Source of the DNA: Burkholderiales bacterium
GTDB lineage: Bacteria; Pseudomonadota; Gammaproteobacteria; Burkholderiales; SG8-39
Direction of reading: 5' to 3'
DNA: 64,000 bases
Assembly: GCA_050248795.1 (NCBI GenBank)
Contig: JBFWRS010000002.1
Coordinates: forward strand, 69,018 to 133,017
Program-made: the position numbers and the translations under genes
Notes under the pieces: model-generated
What the model saw: only the letters and a program-made list of their open reading frames with translations
What the model was told of the DNA's origin: nothing
Database searches by the model: none
Shown here: one piece after another, positions 60,206 to 64,000 of the stretch
How the letters are laid out: the number at the start of each line of letters is the position of its first letter
Position numbering within the stretch: the stretch's first letter is position 1

Positions 60206-61107
60206 GCCGTTCTCCTGTCCCCCTGGGTTACCAGCCACACCGCCAGCACTGCCAGCGCCATGCCCGCGGCCGAGAATACCGTATAGACCTCGCCAAACAG
60301 CAGCCACGCGACCAGCGCGGTGCACGGCGGCACCAGATAGAGCAGGCTCACCACCTTGGTGGCCGCGCCATGCCGGATAAGCCAGAAGAGCAGGAACATC
60401 GCGCCCAGCGACAGCACGAATACCAGGTACGCCAGCGCGAAGATGAACTCACCGCTCCAGCGCACCTGCATCGATTCGAACACGAACGCGATCGGCGCAA
60501 TCACCGCCAGCGCGGCAGCGAACTGGATCGCAGCCCCGGTGCGCATGTCGACGTGCGCGCAGTACCGCTTCTGCCACAGCGTGCCCAGCGTCAGGCTGAG
60601 CAGCCCCAGCACCGAGAACAGCACCGCCGCAACGCCGACGCCCTCGAAGACGAACTTCTCGCGCACCACCAGCGCGACCCCGAGCACGCCGAGCATCAGG
60701 CCCAGCCACTGGCGCAGGTTGGTGCGCTCGCCCAGCATGCGGGCGCCGATCAGCGCCGTGAGGATCGGCTGCAGCCCGGCGATCAGCGCCGAAACTCCCA
60801 GCGGCATGCCGAACTGGATCGAGTAGAAGATGCCGCCCAGGTAGCCCGCCTGCATCAGCACGCCGGCGATCGCCACATGCCCCGCCTCGGTCGCACTCGC
60901 CGGCCAGGCGGCACGCCCGATCCAGCATAGCGGCAGCAACAGGGCGATCACGAACAGGAAGCGCAGCGCAAGGAATGTGGCCGGCTCCGCGTAAGGAAGC
61001 CCTAACTTCGCTCCTATGTACCCGGTACTCCAGAGGAATACGAACAGCGGAGGGAATGCCCAGGCCCAGCGTTGGGGCTGGCGCGGCAGTTGCGCTACGG
61101 CGGTCAT
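60202..61107 (-). CDS. DMT/EamA family transporter
   Basis: FVFLWSTG, LALRF, LGER; about 10 TM; start may be 61128. Confidence 0.88.
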   Translation of the reverse strand: MTAVAQLPRQPQRWAWAFPPLFVFLWSTGYIGAKLGLPYAEPATFLALRFLFVIALLLPLCWIGRAAWPASATEAGHVAIAGVLMQAGYLGGIFYSIQFGMPLGVSALIAGLQPILTALIGARMLGERTNLRQWLGLMLGVLGVALVVREKFVFEGVGVAAVLFSVLGLLSLTLGTLWQKRYCAHVDMRTGAAIQFAAALAVIAPIAFVFESMQVRWSGEFIFALAYLVFVLSLGAMFLLFWLIRHGAATKVVSLLYLVPPCTALVAWLLFGEVYTVFSAAGMALAVLAVWLVTQGDRRTA

Positions 61108-61139
61108 CGCCTGGATTTGTTGCGACACATCAACATGTT

Positions 61140-61212
61140 ATATTGCATTGCACAAACACCTTGACTTTCAACAGGTACGCCCTTACATTGATATTGCTGC
61201 GGCGCACAAACA
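61140..61212 (+). promoter_or_regulatory. Phasin promoter flanked by two PhaR-like TGC-N3-GCA boxes
   Basis: TTGACT(61161)-17 bp-TACATT(61184); TGCATTGCA 61144-61152 and TGCGGCGCA 61198-61206, each followed by CAAACA. Confidence 0.7.
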
Positions 61213-61267
61213 GGCGTCGCCAAGACGACCTCAATGACTTTGTGCAAATAACCACCAGGAGCCACAC

Positions 61268-61810
61268 ATGTACGTAACCCCTGAGCAGATCCAGGCAGCC
61301 GGCAAGACCCAGATGGACGCCATGCTGTCGATCGCGGCGACGCAGTTCGCCGCCTTCGAAAAGCTTGCAAACCTGCAGGCGTCCGCCGTCAAGTCGGCGT
61401 TCGAGGACAGCATCGCCAACACCCGCGCGCTGATGGGTGCGAAGGACGTACAGGAGTTCGTCAGCCTGCAGTCCGCGTTCGCCCAGCCCGCGATCGAGAA
61501 GGTCATCGCCTACTCGAAGAGCGTCTACGAGGTGACCGCGCAGACCAACGCCGACCTGTCGAAGGTCGCGGAAGCCCGCGCCGGCGAGTGGAACGAGAAC
61601 CTGGTCGCCATGCTCGACAAGGCCGCCAAAAACGCGCCTGCCGGTTCGGACGTCGCGGTGACCGCGGTGAAGCAGATGATCGCCGCCGCCAATTCCGCCT
61701 ACGACAACCTGAGCAAGGTTGCTAAGCAGGCCACCGAGATCGCGGAAGCCAACGTGGCTGCCGCGTCGGAATCGGCAAAAAACTTCGCCAAGGCCAAGAA
61801 AGCCGCCTGA
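61268..61810 (+). CDS. phaP: Phasin (PHA granule protein)
   Basis: TPEQI, EKLANL, KDVQEF, NAPAGSD, AANSAYD, Ala/Lys-rich tail. Confidence 0.9.
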   Translation: MYVTPEQIQAAGKTQMDAMLSIAATQFAAFEKLANLQASAVKSAFEDSIANTRALMGAKDVQEFVSLQSAFAQPAIEKVIAYSKSVYEVTAQTNADLSKVAEARAGEWNENLVAMLDKAAKNAPAGSDVAVTAVKQMIAAANSAYDNLSKVAKQATEIAEANVAAASESAKNFAKAKKAA

Positions 61811-61887
61811 GCCCGCGCAAGCGGACGAAGGCCGGAACTCCTCGGCCCGTACGGAAGAAGTCGAAGGCAAGGAAGAAGAAGTGAACG

Positions 61888-61914
61888 AAAAGCCCCGCCT
61901 AGGCGGGGCTTTTC
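61888..61914. terminator. Bidirectional intrinsic terminator
   Basis: AAAAGCCCCGCC-TA-GGCGGGGCTTTT; overlaps the stop of the convergent gene. Confidence 0.82.
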
Positions 61915-62669
61915 GCTTCTGCGGCAACTTCGAAGGGAAATCCGAGCGCCCGCAACTGCTCGCGAATCGCGTCCATCGCGGGGCCGACCTCTACAGGCAC
62001 GCCGCGTACGCCCAGTTCAACGTGCCGGCGTGCGCCGCCCGCTGCCATCGACGGCAGGCTGAACACCTTGATGCCGGCGAAGCGCGCGCCCACCGCTTCC
62101 ATCACCGGGATCAACTGGCTCTCCCCGGCCTCGTATACGTGCAGCGACGCTTCTTCCCAGCGGTCGCGGTCGAACAGGGCCCGGTAGTGCGTGTCCAGCA
62201 CCCACTCCACCATCGGCCACGCCATCTGCGGAAACCCCGGCACGAACCAATGCTCCCTGATCGAGAACCCGGCGATGCGGTTCACCGGATTCGGGATGAT
62301 TCCGGAGCCGACGGGAAACTCACCCATCCGCAGCCGGCTGGCGGTCAGTTCCGTGCCCTGGAAGCGGCCGCGGATCTCGCGCTCGGCGTCGGGATGCAGC
62401 GCGAGCGGCAATCCCAGCGCGCGGCCGGCGCATTGCCGCGTGTGATCATCAGGAGTGGCGCCGATGCCGCCGAAGCTGAACACCACGTCTCCCGAGGCAA
62501 AGGTACGCGCGAGCGCCGCAGTCAGCCTTTCCGGATCATCACCCTGGTACTGCGCCCAGGCGAGCCGCAGCCCGCGCCGGGCAAGCGCACCGATGATGAA
62601 GCCGAGGTGCTTGTCCTGCCGCTTGCCGACGAGCAGTTCGTCGCCGATGATCAGCGCGCCGAACGCCAT
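61899..62669 (-). CDS. CinA-like molybdopterin-binding domain protein
   Basis: IIGDELLVGKRQD, GGIGATPDDHT, VPGFP. Confidence 0.85.
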   Translation of the reverse strand: MAFGALIIGDELLVGKRQDKHLGFIIGALARRGLRLAWAQYQGDDPERLTAALARTFASGDVVFSFGGIGATPDDHTRQCAGRALGLPLALHPDAEREIRGRFQGTELTASRLRMGEFPVGSGIIPNPVNRIAGFSIREHWFVPGFPQMAWPMVEWVLDTHYRALFDRDRWEEASLHVYEAGESQLIPVMEAVGARFAGIKVFSLPSMAAGGARRHVELGVRGVPVEVGPAMDAIREQLRALGFPFEVAAEAKSPA

Positions 62670-63421
62670 CACTCGACCCGCACGGCGCTGCCTTCGATCG
62701 GCGCGGCGCGCAACGCCTGCAGTTCCGCGAGCAGGAAGTGGATGAACGCGAGGCCGAAGAACACCGGCGCGAAGAATCCGAACACCGGGACGTAGGCGAG
62801 CAGCGCCAGCACCACGCCCAGCACGTAGAGCGCGCCCTTGCGTTGCGCGAAGATCGCGCTCATCTCCGGCTGCTGCGCATGCCGCGCAAGCGCGTCGTAG
62901 CGCAGCACGCGCTGGTTCACCCAGCCCATGATGGCCACGGGTATCACCGGCCACAGCGGCGGGAAAATCCACAGCGGCGCGGACAGCGCGAACATGCCCG
63001 CCATGCCGCCCACCGCGACGGCGCTGTTCAGCAGGCTGCCGGCGAAACTCCCGCCCTCGCGTTTTGCCAGCTGCGGGAACTTTCGCGTTGCGACGATGCT
63101 GACGAGTTCATCCATGCCGAAGGTACCGAGGATGATGAGCGCCGTCATGTAGACCAGCGGCACGAAGAACAGGAACAGCACCACGTGGGACGCCACCAGC
63201 GCGGTGCTGCCGAAATCGAAGCTGACGAAGAACGCCGCCGTCTCGATCCACTGCTTGAGCAGGCCGGCGAGCCAGACCGCGGTGCGCATCCACAGGAAGA
63301 ACGCCGCGACGCCCCAGATCACGAGCGCAACCAGCACCGGCCACACCATCAGCCACAGCACGCGCGGATTGAGCATGCTCGCAAACGCCTGCAGGATTGC
63401 ACTTCCGATGCCGCGGTTCAT
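62669..63421 (-). CDS. EI24/CysZ-like membrane protein
   Basis: Multi-TM; RVLRYDALARHA and VPVFGFFAPV pattern; usual position next to the cinA-like gene. Confidence 0.7.
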   Translation of the reverse strand: MNRGIGSAILQAFASMLNPRVLWLMVWPVLVALVIWGVAAFFLWMRTAVWLAGLLKQWIETAAFFVSFDFGSTALVASHVVLFLFFVPLVYMTALIILGTFGMDELVSIVATRKFPQLAKREGGSFAGSLLNSAVAVGGMAGMFALSAPLWIFPPLWPVIPVAIMGWVNQRVLRYDALARHAQQPEMSAIFAQRKGALYVLGVVLALLAYVPVFGFFAPVFFGLAFIHFLLAELQALRAAPIEGSAVRVE

Positions 63422-63430
63422 ATATCCAGT

Positions 63431-64000
63431 TTAGCGTTTTATCGCCTGCCACAGCTTCGCCAGGCGCTTCGCGGACACCGGCACCGGCGTCCTCAGCTCC
63501 TGTGCGAACAGCGACACCCGCAGTTCCTCGAGCAGCCAGCGGAACTGTTCCATCTCGGCCGAGCCGCGGACGGAACCCGCGCGCAGCCAGGCCGCCTGCA
63601 GCGGTGCTAGCTCGGCAGCGAGGCGCGAGTCGCGCGCCGGATCCGCGCGCAGCTTGTCCAGCCGCGCCGAGGCCGCCTTCAGGTAGCGCGGCAGGTGCTG
63701 CAGCCTCTGCCACGGCAGGCGCGCAAGGTAGCCGCGCTCGAGCAGCCGCGCCACCTGCTCTTTCACGTCGCCCGCCTGCTGCGGGAACGCCTTCGAAAGC
63801 GCCGCGATGCGCTTCTGCACCTGGGCGTGCTCGGCGATGATCGTCGTCGCCAGACGCACGATCTCCTGCGCGATCAGGCCGAAGCGGCTGCGTCCCTCGT
63901 CCACGCGGCGCGCGAAATCCGCCTGCGCCAGCGGCACCGAGTCGGCAAGGAAAGTACGGTCTATCGCCGCGGCGACGATGTCCTCCTTCAGCGGCGCGAG
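63431..64000 (-). CDS. hrpA: ATP-dependent RNA helicase HrpA, C-terminal part (gene starts beyond the window)
   Basis: HLPRYLKA, RWLLEELRVSLFAQELRT, VSAKRL. Confidence 0.88.
   Translation of the reverse strand, partial: LAPLKEDIVAAAIDRTFLADSVPLAQADFARRVDEGRSRFGLIAQEIVRLATTIIAEHAQVQKRIAALSKAFPQQAGDVKEQVARLLERGYLARLPWQRLQHLPRYLKAASARLDKLRADPARDSRLAAELAPLQAAWLRAGSVRGSAEMEQFRWLLEELRVSLFAQELRTPVPVSAKRLAKLWQAIKR

Overview
High-GC chromosomal window, most likely from a betaproteobacterium (inferred from the icd-cspD-clpS-clpA, dut-coaBC-radC-rpmB-rpmG and phasin-cinA-EI24-hrpA gene orders). It is densely coding with about 70 CDS. I saw no rRNA, tRNA, CRISPR array, transposase, integrase or phage genes. 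Main blocks, left to right: (1) two architecturally different Mrp-type cation/H+ antiporter operons transcribed back to back (mrpE-F-G-B'-B-C-D-D-orf-D on minus, phaAB-C-D-E-F-G on plus); (2) pntA1-A2-B with an orphan lutC; (3) ABC transporters and a PAS-GGDEF protein; (4) hyi-glcDEF; (5) sulP, a signal-peptide methyltransferase, glcG-like and ridA genes; (6) soeABC; (7) a CPA-fold transporter-ybdK-C26 hydrolase operon; (8) dsbD-redoxin; (9) housekeeping genes with fccAB; (10) phasin with PhaR-like boxes. The best candidates for under-described biology are the ligase/hydrolase/atypical-transporter triad, the twin divergent Mrp systems, an apparently exported SAM methyltransferase, an unannotated 47-aa secreted Cys2/Lys-rich peptide and a structured phasin 3' UTR. 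All family calls come from motif recognition by eye, with no database searches, and start codons were chosen by hand.
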